Made by a program: the position numbers and the translations under genes | In this document: positions 8,246 to 16,978 of the stretch, in pieces | Layout of the letters: each line of letters starts with the position of its first letter | Position numbering within the stretch: the stretch's first letter is position 1 | Notes under the pieces: model-generated | The model's input: the letters and a program-made list of their open reading frames with translations, nothing else | Database searches by the model: none | Told to the model about the DNA's origin: nothing | Origin: a virus | DNA length: 18,747 nucleotides | Virus genome (UHGV): UHGV-0070184 | Direction: 5' to 3' (one strand)

Positions 8246-8581
8246 ATGAACAATATTCCCCCTATACCACAGTTAGGAATTTATGTCTCAAAAATCGATC
8301 CCACCCTACGTATCACTGTAACCGATGTTGATATTGTTGATGGTGAGGATGATTCTCCTGATGATGAATTGTTTTATTTAGTCCACTGGATCGAGGGGGA
8401 AGATGAAAGTGATATGACAGCAATGGAATTTGAGCTAGACCCAGTAGAGTGGCAGGCTTTCGTTGAATCTGAGCAATTAGTGTTTGAGCGTGATCCGTAC
8501 ATGGATTCAATCCCCGAAAATTCAAACTTGGCAAAGATTCGGGATTTTCTCATGAAGACTAAACAGAATGATCATTCGTAA
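8246..8581 (+). CDS. small highly acidic protein, 111 aa, unknown function
   Basis: ATG at 8246 with AAAGGAG about 7 nt upstream; by my count 15 Asp + 12 Glu against 7 Lys/Arg (net charge about -20); acidic runs DVDIVDGEDDSPDDE and EGEDESD. Confidence 0.7.
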   Translation: MNNIPPIPQLGIYVSKIDPTLRITVTDVDIVDGEDDSPDDELFYLVHWIEGEDESDMTAMEFELDPVEWQAFVESEQLVFERDPYMDSIPENSNLAKIRDFLMKTKQNDHS

Positions 8582-8774
8582 GTGTAAGCATCCATCAGGA
8601 AAATGGTTTTGTAAGTGAATCATCAACTTTTAGAGAGTCTCAGACACTCCCACTTCTGCTTCTGACACAAAGCGGACGATCACTTATCAAAAATAACCGC
8701 CCACCTTACGCCTTATTTCACTCATTGCCCAAACTAGCCCCCATCAGAATGAATCCTCCTGGGGGCAACGTTTC

Positions 8775-9008
8775 TTAATGCAGCCAGCTGTCGTCCTCCC
8801 ACACCTTCTGCATAATTTTCATCACTTGTTTTCTTTCTTCATCCAGTTGCAGTCCGGTTAGTTCCACACCGTTAGAGCTACCTTTGCGAATGCGAATTAC
8901 CGTTTTGGGATACAGGGGGCGCAGATTGCGGTAAAGCTCGGATTCAAGGGCGTCCAGGGTAGACTGGCTAATCTTCTGCTCTTTATCGATCATTATTTCA
9001 ATGCGCAT
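8775..9008 (-). CDS. DinI-family protein, 77 aa
   Basis: Internal ATG at 9006-9008 of ORF 8775..9080, preceded by GAGGTGA; product MRIEIMIDKEQKISQSTLDALESELYRNL...MQKVWEDDSWLH follows the DinI pattern (MRIEV..., C-terminal ..TWE..D.W). Lies downstream of a LexA box. Confidence 0.75.
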   Translation of the reverse strand: MRIEIMIDKEQKISQSTLDALESELYRNLRPLYPKTVIRIRKGSSNGVELTGLQLDEERKQVMKIMQKVWEDDSWLH

Positions 9009-9018
9009 AAAAGTCACC

Positions 9019-9207
9019 TCAGCTGATGACATCCATTGAGCGGTTGTATTCGTGGGTTCTGATTTTTGCCATGAGTTCATCAGTCAATTCAGAAACCCAC
9101 TGCAGAGCCAGCCCCTTCTCTTCATCACTACACTCACTGGCCGCTACAAGCTTAAGAAAAAAATCAATGCGCTGGAGCTTCAAAGACTCCAAAAAATAGT
9201 CCTGCAT
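9019..9207 (-). CDS. small protein (62 aa), first gene of SOS-controlled operon; possible Tum-like antirepressor component
   Basis: ATG at 9205-9207 with GGAGGA about 7 nt upstream; about 45 bp downstream of a perfect LexA box; followed by the DinI-like gene. The 186 analogy (LexA-controlled tum in the region beyond A) is from memory. Confidence 0.55.
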   Translation of the reverse strand: MQDYFLESLKLQRIDFFLKLVAASECSDEEKGLALQWVSELTDELMAKIRTHEYNRSMDVIS

Positions 9208-9249
9208 CTTTCCTCCTATGACACCAAAACAATACTGTATACATAACCA

Positions 9250-9265
9250 CTGTTTATATTTACAG
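9250..9265. promoter_or_regulatory. LexA (SOS) box, CTGT-N8-ACAG
   Basis: caCTGTttatatttACAGta at 9248-9267, a perfect match to the enterobacterial LexA half-sites, just upstream of the minus-strand small ORF / DinI operon. Confidence 0.65.
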
Positions 9266-9360
9266 TATATAATAATCTTACTGATGTAAAACGTTTTTTT
9301 TACGTTCATCGGCCTGATATGCCTGGTATTATTAAGAGCACGAATTGTTAACCCGCGTAA

Positions 9361-11775
9361 TTAATACAGGTTCCGCCACTTATCATCTTCCTTCAGACGC
9401 TGGTTCCGATAGAAGATACGCAGGCCTGCTCCTGACGGAATACTGCCGCCGCGAAGGAGCAAATCGACTTCTTTCTCGCTGCCATCAAATCCCCTGGACT
9501 TCAGTTCATAGACGAGCTGCTGTCGCTGATGGTCTGTAATTCGCTGTTTGTAGTCTTTACGCCGTTTCGGTTTCACCTGGCGTAACCTTGCAGCCAGTTC
9601 CCGGCGCTCTTTTTTGCTCATACTGTGCAGGTAATCGTGCAACTCCTTGTCATTCATACGGGTAATATCCGTTCTGGAGTCCCCATCAGCTGATTTGTCT
9701 TTCCCTTGTTGGTACAAATTTTCACCAAGGGGACAGTTATTGCCACGAGTCCAAGGGGCGCAAGCGCCCTGGTCGGCTGCCGCCTCCTGAACGTCAACGG
9801 CTTTACGAACCATTTTCCACTTCACTGCATGAGTGCAGATCTTGCCCTCTGCAATGGGTGACCAGATGCCATAAATACGAATACCGTGATCGCCATAGGC
9901 GGTCGGCTCTTCGTTGATTTCATAAGCGGTTCTGATGAGGTGATATTTACGGGGAACCAGTACGCCGCCCTGCTTCATGATGTAGGAGGCAAAGCAACCA
10001 GCATCAGCTGCAGCCAGAATGGCATCAAGGCGCGGGTTATCCAGTACCGGCGCACCTGCTTTTTTGTCACCCTGTTGCCTTGCCGCCTGACCAGCCAACA
10101 ATCGCAGTTCACGGTAAGCCTGACGCCCCGGAATGCCAAAGAAGCGGAATTGCTGAACACGATGCAGAGACGCCCAGGCATTAACGTATTCAGCGTTATC
10201 ACGCAGAGATTTCCCCGTTTCCTTGCTGATCTCGCCAGCCAGACCACGCCCGTCAATGTTCTTACTGATGTATTTCGCGATATAGCTTGTTGGCGTACCT
10301 TTGCGCGGGTTAATCAACTCAGACTTAAAGCGCGGCCCAGTGTTATTGCCCAGCTCCTCGCGGTCTTCACGGATGGCAAACTTACGCAGTAATGCAGTGA
10401 TGGCGCGGCGGTCTTTTTTGCGCATAAAACACAACAGGTGCCAGTGAACTGTACCGTCATGATGCGGCTCAGCCACCCGCACGCCATACCAGCGCAATCC
10501 GGCTTTGTGCATCGCCTTACGAAATGCAGCAAACATGCCGACCAGATAATCACTACTTTGTCTTACCGTCGCATTTGTCCAGGTTGGGTTGGGCCTGCCG
10601 TTATTTAGCGTGGAATGGAAACGTGACGGACAGGTGATGGTGTAGAAAACGGCGCAGTCACCGCGCATTTCCGCGATAAGCTCCAGACCTTTAACACAGG
10701 CCATCATCTCATTGCGGCGATGCGCAGGGTTGCTGCTGCTGGCGTTTACCACATCCTCCATGTCCAGCGTGTCGCCGTCTTCGTTCACCAGTTCATGAGA
10801 ACGGAAAAACTCCAGCGACTTACGGCGCTGCTCACGTTTATGCATCACGGCTTCATAGCTGACATAAGGAGATGCTTTTTTGCTGACCAGGCAGACAGCG
10901 CGCAACTGCTCTTCCCGCCATTCGCAACGCATCTTCCATAATTTCCGATACCACCAGTCGGCGCACAACATACGCGCCAGCGAACCCGGAATGAGTTCAT
11001 AGGGCACGGGTTTACGGCGGTTTCTTTTCCAGCGGAGTTGTTCAAACGCAGGTGGGATGACATCCAGACGCAGGGTTTCCGCTGCCACCTTTTCCCATGT
11101 CTTGCGGATTTCTTCTGGCTTAACATCATCGGTGGCGTACAAATCACCACAAGCGGCATCAAGACACATGCTCATATGCGCAGCGACAAGAGTAGACAGG
11201 CGTTTCACCTGATCCTGACTCATTTCAGGCAGGATCAGCAGGCCGTCCAGCCCTTCATGGCTTGCCATAAAGCGAAAAGAAGTGGATAGCTGACTGTCGC
11301 GTACATGCTCCAGTCGTTCCAGACATGGCTTAATCGTCTCACGCAAATAGCGGGAATAAGCCTTTGGCCTGCCCAGGCTGCTGAAGTATTCAATACGTTG
11401 CATCAGCGGCTTGCTGATATGGGAAGGCTGGGCGTTTACGTCCGCCAGAATGACCATGTCTGGATTAAAACGCTGCTGCTCATGCGCCAGCTTTGCCCGG
11501 CTAATGAGCTTATCCTGCTCCATTTCGCGCTGGACAGGATCACGGGATTCATTAAAGAAATAACGCTCCCAGACCTGCTCACTCAGTGCCTCGCGGCGCA
11601 GTTGTTCCTGTTCGTTATCGGCAGCGTACAGAGTGATCAGGTTTGAAAGTGCAGACTCCGGCGCAACTTCCGCCGGATCCAGATAAGGGTTAATGGCCTT
11701 TTTCGGGCCGTTCCATGAAAATGATGCAGCGGCCTCGTTAAAGCCGCTAGAGTTGCTCATATCGTCATGACTCAT
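9361..11775 (-). CDS. A: replication initiation endonuclease (P2 gpA family, rolling-circle HUH nickase), 804 aa
   Basis: HUH motif ..[13 protein letters not shown].., candidate catalytic tyrosine pair [11 protein letters not shown], size typical of gpA; ATG 11773-11775 overlaps the dam stop (ATGA). Confidence 0.9.
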   Translation of the reverse strand: MSHDDMSNSSGFNEAAASFSWNGPKKAINPYLDPAEVAPESALSNLITLYAADNEQEQLRREALSEQVWERYFFNESRDPVQREMEQDKLISRAKLAHEQQRFNPDMVILADVNAQPSHISKPLMQRIEYFSSLGRPKAYSRYLRETIKPCLERLEHVRDSQLSTSFRFMASHEGLDGLLILPEMSQDQVKRLSTLVAAHMSMCLDAACGDLYATDDVKPEEIRKTWEKVAAETLRLDVIPPAFEQLRWKRNRRKPVPYELIPGSLARMLCADWWYRKLWKMRCEWREEQLRAVCLVSKKASPYVSYEAVMHKREQRRKSLEFFRSHELVNEDGDTLDMEDVVNASSSNPAHRRNEMMACVKGLELIAEMRGDCAVFYTITCPSRFHSTLNNGRPNPTWTNATVRQSSDYLVGMFAAFRKAMHKAGLRWYGVRVAEPHHDGTVHWHLLCFMRKKDRRAITALLRKFAIREDREELGNNTGPRFKSELINPRKGTPTSYIAKYISKNIDGRGLAGEISKETGKSLRDNAEYVNAWASLHRVQQFRFFGIPGRQAYRELRLLAGQAARQQGDKKAGAPVLDNPRLDAILAAADAGCFASYIMKQGGVLVPRKYHLIRTAYEINEEPTAYGDHGIRIYGIWSPIAEGKICTHAVKWKMVRKAVDVQEAAADQGACAPWTRGNNCPLGENLYQQGKDKSADGDSRTDITRMNDKELHDYLHSMSKKERRELAARLRQVKPKRRKDYKQRITDHQRQQLVYELKSRGFDGSEKEVDLLLRGGSIPSGAGLRIFYRNQRLKEDDKWRNLY

Positions 11776-12629
11776 ACACGCACCTCGTACACAGCAGAAC
11801 TATCCACGCCACGCGAAGGATCAAATCCCACCCAGCAGCGCGCCCCAGAAACAGCAATGATTTCTGTTGCAGATTTACTCTCGCCAGCCGACACGCCGAT
11901 GCTGCGTTTTGCCTTGATGTAGTGGTGAGTAAAATTGCGATACAGCGAACGGATCAGGGATGTGTCACTGTTAGAAACAATGACCGGATGTCCTTCTGAT
12001 GACCGATGTTCAAGAACAGATGCCAGGTGATACTGGTCATCTTCAGTGAAGCCGTCAGTGTGATAGCCGGAAAACGTACCGTCATACGGCGGATCGCAAT
12101 ACACCACATCCCCCGCCTTCAACATCGCCAGCGTTTCATCAAAGCTGGCGCAGATAAACGTTGCTCGCTGGGCCTTTTCTGCAAATGCGCGAATTTCTTT
12201 TTCAGGGAAATACGGATTTTTATAATTACCGTAGGGAATGTTGAAATGCCCGCTCTTGTTATAGCGACATAAACCACGGTAACCGTGACGATTGAGATAC
12301 AGGAAATATACCGCTTTCATGAAATCAGTAATTTCAGTTGAGTAATTAAACTCCTGCCTTATGTTGTAATAAGCCACCTCCCTGTTTGCTTCCTCAAATA
12401 AAGCTCTGGCGCGAGATATAAACGATTCACAATCAGCGGCAACCTTTTTATAGAGGTTGATTAAATCAGGATTAATATCCGCAACCAGATAGCTGGGATA
12501 ATCCGTTTCCATCATCACAGCACAGGAACCCGCGAAAGGTTCAACCAGTCGCGGGCCAGCAGGAAGATGTTTTTTCAGTTCGGACATTATGGCAGTTTTA
12601 TTTCCCGTCCATTTCAGGATGGTGCTCAT
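11772..12629 (-). CDS. dam: DNA adenine methyltransferase (Dam family, N6-adenine), 285 aa
   Basis: Motif [14 protein letters not shown] (DPPY catalytic motif) and N-terminal ..FAGS.. AdoMet region; start taken as ATG 12627-12629 (MSTILKW...) with GGAGGTG upstream; coupled to the TraR-like gene upstream and A downstream. Confidence 0.85.
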   Translation of the reverse strand: MSTILKWTGNKTAIMSELKKHLPAGPRLVEPFAGSCAVMMETDYPSYLVADINPDLINLYKKVAADCESFISRARALFEEANREVAYYNIRQEFNYSTEITDFMKAVYFLYLNRHGYRGLCRYNKSGHFNIPYGNYKNPYFPEKEIRAFAEKAQRATFICASFDETLAMLKAGDVVYCDPPYDGTFSGYHTDGFTEDDQYHLASVLEHRSSEGHPVIVSNSDTSLIRSLYRNFTHHYIKAKRSIGVSAGESKSATEIIAVSGARCWVGFDPSRGVDSSAVYEVRV

Positions 12630-12853
12630 ACAGCACCTCCGTTGTAATGTTTGCCTTTCAGCTCTGCGATTTCCTGACAGGTAATGCAAAGCTGCACACC
12701 CGGAATGGCACGGCGGCGTGCTGGCGGAATTGGCGCTTCACACTCAATGCAAAGCACGCGGGACACGCCCGGTGTTTTGGCGCGGGCAGCACGGATATGA
12801 CGCTGGCGTTCTTCTTCAACGCGCTGCTGTACGAGATCCATTGCATCAGCCAT
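12626..12853 (-). CDS. TraR/DksA-type C4 zinc-finger protein, 75 aa
   Basis: CIECEAPIP...R.....C..CQE four-cysteine motif in a 75-aa product; AGGAGA about 8 nt upstream of ATG 12853; stop overlaps the dam ATG. Confidence 0.8.
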   Translation of the reverse strand: MADAMDLVQQRVEEERQRHIRAARAKTPGVSRVLCIECEAPIPPARRRAIPGVQLCITCQEIAELKGKHYNGGAV

Positions 12854-13086
12854 TAGTGGATCTCCTGCGCTTCGTTCTGGATTGCTTCAGCGGTCACACG
12901 CAGCAGTTCTGCTGCTTCGACGTGGTTTAGCTGGCGGGATGTGATATGACACGCCAGGCTATCAAGGCGAGCTGCCATTGCTTCAGCCCTTGCCCGGCGT
13001 TCTTCCAGACGAGCCTCTGTCAGTAAAATATTAAGCCCTACGTCATCCGGTCCGGTTTTAGTCGTGAGGGTTTCAATATTACGCAT
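12853..13086 (-). CDS. hypothetical early-operon protein, 77 aa
   Basis: ATG at 13084-13086 preceded by AGGAGA; stop TAA overlaps the next ATG (TAATG); no family recognised. Confidence 0.6.
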   Translation of the reverse strand: MRNIETLTTKTGPDDVGLNILLTEARLEERRARAEAMAARLDSLACHITSRQLNHVEAAELLRVTAEAIQNEAQEIH

Positions 13087-13153
13087 AATCAATTCTCCTG
13101 AATTTAGATAAAGGGATGCCCGGCGGGTTTACGCCATGATTTTCATTAATTGG

Positions 13154-13495
13154 TTAATTCGGCATGGTTAGCCGTCTGGGAAATAAGCTCACCACTGCAC
13201 GAAAATGATTCATTGCTTTAATCAGCTCCCGCTTTTCGTCAGTGGTCAGCTCATTAATGCTGATGCTATGACGTTCAGCTGGAATTTTTGCCATAAAGAA
13301 TATGGCAGCTAGTGCCCGTTTATTTTGTTCATTATTGATATCCCGTGGATCACGCATATCTTTAATAAACCGCTCAAGCTCTGACTCAATATTCAGGCCA
13401 AAAACTTTCGCCCTTAATTCCGCTATGTGATTAAGTCCATTCAGGCGTTCACCGGGGCTTAATGGAACAGTCGCCGCAGCGCCATTAATTGCCAT
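13154..13495 (-). CDS. hypothetical early-operon protein, 113 aa
   Basis: Intact ORF in operon context with a weak GGGGA RBS; no family recognised by eye. Confidence 0.55.
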   Translation of the reverse strand: MAINGAAATVPLSPGERLNGLNHIAELRAKVFGLNIESELERFIKDMRDPRDINNEQNKRALAAIFFMAKIPAERHSISINELTTDEKRELIKAMNHFRAVVSLFPRRLTMPN

Positions 13496-13517
13496 AATTC
13501 ATATCCCCAAAACGCAA

Positions 13518-13742
13518 CTATCGTTCTTTGTTCTTACGGTAACGCTCAAGGGGAGATACATTTTTTCGTACCGTCTCTTTAACCTGCTCTCCCCGTAAAA
13601 ACGTCCCATCCTTTAGCGTGAAAAAGTAACTGCCATCGCCCGACAACGACGGATAACAACAGAGCAAATCATCTTCAGGTACTGAATAACTCTCCCCTCT
13701 GTAACGAAACTGATAAACCACTTCACTTTCCGCTGCATACAT
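13518..13742 (-). CDS. hypothetical protein, 74 aa
   Basis: ATG at 13740-13742 with GGAGAAAG about 7 nt upstream; protein-like composition; overlaps the 3' end of ORF 13613..13909 in another frame. Confidence 0.5.
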   Translation of the reverse strand: MYAAESEVVYQFRYRGESYSVPEDDLLCCYPSLSGDGSYFFTLKDGTFLRGEQVKETVRKNVSPLERYRKNKER

Positions 13743-13909
13743 TTTGACTTTCTCCGTTTCCTCGTGGTCAATTCAGACAGCAATTCATCTTGTGAATGAC
13801 ATGGATGCCAGCGTTTACCATCCTCACCCATGATCCAGCCGTGACCGTAGTGCATTGCCGGGCTTTGTTTTACCAGCAGCGATGCAAATGATGGTTCTTT
13901 CGTCAGCAT
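13613..13909 (-). CDS. hypothetical protein, 98 aa; 3' 130 nt overlap the next gene, possible frameshifted or overlapping gene
   Basis: ATG at 13907-13909 with GAGGTG upstream, overlapping the cII stop; the N-terminal 50 aa look protein-like, the C-terminal part (K/R/C-rich) looks like an out-of-frame read of the 74-aa gene. Confidence 0.4.
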   Translation of the reverse strand: MLTKEPSFASLLVKQSPAMHYGHGWIMGEDGKRWHPCHSQDELLSELTTRKRRKSKCMQRKVKWFISFVTEGRVIQYLKMICSVVIRRCRAMAVTFSR

Positions 13910-13916
13910 AAGCACC

Positions 13917-14426
13917 TCACAGCAAACCGAATGAAGCACCGAGGCCAGTCACGGTATCAACTGCACTCGCCATCGCAGGATTAGCCTGTAAACGGGCCTG
14001 CAATGAAACAGCCGCCAGCGCCATCAGTCGTGTTACAGAATTAATGCTGCTGATCGCATCGCGACGGCCTGCACTGGTTTTTACATCGCCAGAAACCGCA
14101 CCTGCAGCAACACGCCCGATCTCTGCGGTTGCACTCATGACGTAATGTGGCAGTCTCTCTTTTGCCACCTCATTTACCGGTATACATGGCAGGCAGTGAA
14201 TCTGAGCCAGAAATCCATCAACCAGTGTTGGGTCTTCAGTGAGATCGGTTAACTGCCAGATATCTGACGCAGTAAGTTGGTGTGGTTGTTCCGGGTTGAG
14301 CTTGTTACGCAAGGTTTGAACGTTCATACCTGCGCGCTCTGCCAGCTTCGCCATGTTGTGTCGTAGGGCGAAGGCCCGGCAGGCTTCATTGAAATGGGGA
14401 TGTTTTGAAATGCGATAGTCAAACAT
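13917..14426 (-). CDS. cII: phage regulatory protein CII (186 type), 169 aa
   Basis: 169-aa product with ...MAKLAERAGMNVQTLRNKLNPEQPHQLT... HTH and C-terminal ..RLQANPAMASAVDTVTGLGASFGLL, recalled as 186 CII family; sits downstream of apl. Confidence 0.8.
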   Translation of the reverse strand: MFDYRISKHPHFNEACRAFALRHNMAKLAERAGMNVQTLRNKLNPEQPHQLTASDIWQLTDLTEDPTLVDGFLAQIHCLPCIPVNEVAKERLPHYVMSATAEIGRVAAGAVSGDVKTSAGRRDAISSINSVTRLMALAAVSLQARLQANPAMASAVDTVTGLGASFGLL

Positions 14427-14458
14427 AGTCAGTTGCTCCGTGAAGTCTCAAAATGGAA

Positions 14459-14680
14459 CTAGTTGATAGTCACGTTGCAATCAGAGAGGGCATCGATCGT
14501 CATCGCAGCAATGTTAATCATCACTTTTTCACGCTTTTTATCCTTACGTAGGCGATGACGAGGCAAACGCCCATCTGCAAGCATGTCGTTAATTGTGTCG
14601 ATAGATAAGCCAGTGAGTTCACTATATCTTTCTATAGTAACGTGGGGGGTGATGAGAGTGATTGAAATGTTAGGTCTCAT
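14459..14680 (-). CDS. apl: Apl/Cox-type excisionase and lytic-promoter regulator, 73 aa
   Basis: First gene of the minus-strand early operon, convergent with cI; small basic protein; start taken as ATG 14678-14680 (AGAGGAA upstream), the track start at 14704 is TTG. Assignment is largely positional. Confidence 0.6.
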   Translation of the reverse strand: MRPNISITLITPHVTIERYSELTGLSIDTINDMLADGRLPRHRLRKDKKREKVMINIAAMTIDALSDCNVTIN

Positions 14681-14805
14681 GATGCAACATTCCTCTTTTA
14701 GCAATGATTAATCAGGATGAATACTGATCGTTTGTATTATGTGAACACTGCAAACATACGATCACATCATGAAATCGTCAAGGTAAAAGTTCACTTGGAG
14801 TGACC
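14681..14805. promoter_or_regulatory. lysis-lysogeny switch region (pR/pL promoters and operators)
   Basis: Intergenic between apl (-) and cI (+). Candidate minus-strand promoter: -35 TTGACG (14776-14781), 17-nt spacer, -10 TATGTT (14753-14758). Imperfect inverted repeat TGATCGTTTG (14725-14734) / CAAACATACGATCA (14751-14764) flanks it. Confidence 0.45.
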
Positions 14806-15369
14806 ATGAATTTGGAAAAAGGCGGTCGTGGGGCCATAGAGCGCATGGTTGAAGCCTATGGTTTCAAGACAAGACAAGCTTTGTGTGATCATTTGGGCAT
14901 TTCTAAAAGCACCTTAGCCACGCGCTATATGCGTGATTCATTCCCGGCAGAATGGGTAATCCAATGTGCACTTGAAACCGGCACGTCGCTAGAGTGGCTA
15001 ACTACTGGGCAAGGTTCAAAAGAAAGTTCACAAAAAGAAAACACAAAAGAGATCGAAAGGAAGATTTTATCAAGCGGAAAACTACTTCCTGATGGTTACT
15101 ACATTTTCGACAACAACTTTTTGCCTGAAAAACTAAAAAAACCTTTTGTTGTGATCGATGGCGCATCAGAGTTTATCTGTGATTCGGATTATGAGGATGT
15201 ACGTGATGGTAAGTGGATCGTTGATATTGATGGCGAGGTTGCTATCAGGAATCTGACAAGACTGCCGGGACGTCGTCTAAATGTCGATGGCGGCAGCAGT
15301 TCCTTTGAATGCAAAATAGATGAAATTGATATCATAGGAAAAATTAGAAGCGCGATCGTCAATTATTAA
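14806..15369 (+). CDS. cI: CI repressor (186 type), 187 aa
   Basis: Pattern ..EAYGF......C.HLGIS.STL..RY.R......W...CALETG..L.WLTTGQG recalled from 186-family CI; GGAG 5 nt upstream of ATG 14806 (the track start at 14800 is GTG). Confidence 0.8.
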   Translation: MNLEKGGRGAIERMVEAYGFKTRQALCDHLGISKSTLATRYMRDSFPAEWVIQCALETGTSLEWLTTGQGSKESSQKENTKEIERKILSSGKLLPDGYYIFDNNFLPEKLKKPFVVIDGASEFICDSDYEDVRDGKWIVDIDGEVAIRNLTRLPGRRLNVDGGSSSFECKIDEIDIIGKIRSAIVNY

Positions 15370-15392
15370 AATTAATGTATAAGGAAATAAAT

Positions 15393-15578
15393 ATGTTTTA
15401 TAAATCTATACATATCCTACTTATTTGTTTATTTATTACTTTACCTATTACAAGTTTTGCAAAAAATTATCCATGTTCTGGTAAGAAAGGGGGAGTTTCA
15501 CATTGTACATCTGATGGGAAGTTCGTTTGCAATGATGGAACGCAAAGCAAGTCAAAGAAAATATGTTCTAAAAACTAA
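15393..15578 (+). CDS. small secreted Cys-rich protein (61 aa; predicted signal peptide plus about 38-aa basic mature peptide with 4 Cys)
   Basis: ATG 15393 with AGGA about 8 nt upstream; N-terminal hydrophobic stretch ending ..SFA, then [38 protein letters not shown]; very AT-rich; stop 11 nt before the KAP NTPase start. Confidence 0.5.
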   Translation: MFYKSIHILLICLFITLPITSFAKNYPCSGKKGGVSHCTSDGKFVCNDGTQSKSKKICSKN

Positions 15579-15589
15579 GGTTGCTTCAT

Positions 15590-16921
15590 ATGAATAATGA
15601 TATGACTTTTGAAAACAGAGATGAGTATAATAGAAAAATCATTGCTGAAAAAATAATAAGCTTACTCGAGTCCCCCTTAAAAATATCCCCTATTGTTATC
15701 GATGGGGACTGGGGTACCGGTAAAACCGAATTTTCAAAAAAATTAGCGGCATTGATTGAAAAAAATGAATCTGGGCATAAAGTAGTATATATTGATGCAT
15801 TTACTGAAGATCATAATGATGCTCCCATACTTACTATAATGGCTGCAATAGTTGCATTATATCCAGAGAGTGAAAAGAAGGAATTAATATCAAAGGCATT
15901 ACCAGCATTGAGATTTGGACTTAAAACTGTACTCAAAGCTGGCGCTGGGTGGATTTTAAAACAAAATGCAGATGATATTGCGGATGAATTCGAAGATGCT
16001 ATTAAAGATGCGGCTAACTCAGCTATAGATGGTACTGTAGAAGCACTGCTTGATGATCATATTGAAGCAAAGAAACATTTGCTTGCTCTCAAGGAAGTAC
16101 TTGCTGAACTAACTAGCGAAAATAAAATAACAATTATCATTGACGAACTTGACCGTTGTGAACCAAGCTTTGCCATCTCTATCATCGAAAATATAAAACA
16201 TGTTTTTGACACTGAAAATCTTAACTTCTTGTTAGTTGCTAACATCTCACAATTGAAAGCATCAATAAATCATATTTACGGTGCAGGTGTTGACTCAGAA
16301 AGATATCTTGATAAATTTATAAAATTCACTTACAGCCTGCCAGTGACTTTCACTGAAAACAATTACGATAAAATTTTGGCTTCGAACTCTCATTTTAGAA
16401 TGCTATGTAACGAGTCTGAAAGACTAAAAGAAATTGGAGAAAGTAGTATTCATATAGTTCAAAAATTTATCGAACTAAAAGGCTTGTCGCTACGGGAAGT
16501 TGAAACCTTATCAAGATATCTAGAAATTTATCAAATTTTATCTCAAAATGAAATCAGCAATAAATTTATACCAGGCTATTGCTGTTATCGAACCCTTGCA
16601 GTAATTCTTTATTCGTTTGGTCGTGAACTGGCCCTTAACTACGTAGAAGATAAAATAGATGCACAATTAATAATCAATTTCTTCGGTGTTAATAGACTCC
16701 CATATCAGACAGATCAATATAACATCAACATCTACTATTATGCATTATTTGGTATAACTTATAAATATATGCCAGAAGGTTCTCCTTTACTTCCTTCTGA
16801 AAACGATGAAAAAAACAGATGGGCTGAAATAAGTGATTATCATATTTTAAAAGGAAATGCAGGTGTAGAAGACCCTGTTAGAATATTCAAAAACACCTTA
16901 AAAGTTTTCTTGCTCCAATGA
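15590..16921 (+). CDS. KAP-family P-loop NTPase, 443 aa
   Basis: Walker A GDWGTGKT (G-W-G-GKT form) and Walker B IIIDELDRCEP (DxLDR form), both as I recall for the KAP family; hydrophobic segments lie between them; strongly AT-rich. Start taken as ATG 15590 (the track start at 15581 is TTG). Confidence 0.8.
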   Translation: MNNDMTFENRDEYNRKIIAEKIISLLESPLKISPIVIDGDWGTGKTEFSKKLAALIEKNESGHKVVYIDAFTEDHNDAPILTIMAAIVALYPESEKKELISKALPALRFGLKTVLKAGAGWILKQNADDIADEFEDAIKDAANSAIDGTVEALLDDHIEAKKHLLALKEVLAELTSENKITIIIDELDRCEPSFAISIIENIKHVFDTENLNFLLVANISQLKASINHIYGAGVDSERYLDKFIKFTYSLPVTFTENNYDKILASNSHFRMLCNESERLKEIGESSIHIVQKFIELKGLSLREVETLSRYLEIYQILSQNEISNKFIPGYCCYRTLAVILYSFGRELALNYVEDKIDAQLIINFFGVNRLPYQTDQYNINIYYYALFGITYKYMPEGSPLLPSENDEKNRWAEISDYHILKGNAGVEDPVRIFKNTLKVFLLQ

Positions 16922-16978
16922 AATGTTTGATTGAAGATCTTTAAACATTGACCACTGTTCAAACATACAGTTAAATTT

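Noticed and set aside
8313-8534. Minus-strand 73-aa ORF antisense to the acidic-protein gene
   Set aside because: His/Gln/Pro-rich low-complexity translation, no RBS, fully inside the better-supported plus-strand gene.
8582-8774. Short inverted repeats in the convergent intergenic region between the acidic-protein gene and the DinI-like gene (for example CCCCCA...TGGGGG)
   Set aside because: Stems are short with long loops and no T-tract; not convincing as terminators or structured RNA without further evidence.
9052-9246. Plus-strand 64-aa ORF antisense to the Tum/DinI-like genes
   Set aside because: Antisense to two minus-strand genes that have strong RBSs and a LexA-controlled promoter.
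9345-11646. ORFs inside or antisense to replication gene A (9345..9539, 9886..10392, 9975..10256, 10314..10553, 10720..10941, 10845..11162, 11038..11289, 11305..11646)
   Set aside because: All nested within the 804-aa gpA gene, which has HUH and tyrosine motifs; no independent support.
12006-12930. ORFs overlapping dam and the TraR-like gene (12006..12272, 12647..12856, 12658..12846, 12718..12930)
   Set aside because: Alternative frames of well-supported, translationally coupled early genes.
16057-16245. Minus-strand 62-aa ORF inside the KAP NTPase gene
   Set aside because: Antisense chance frame in very AT-rich coding sequence.
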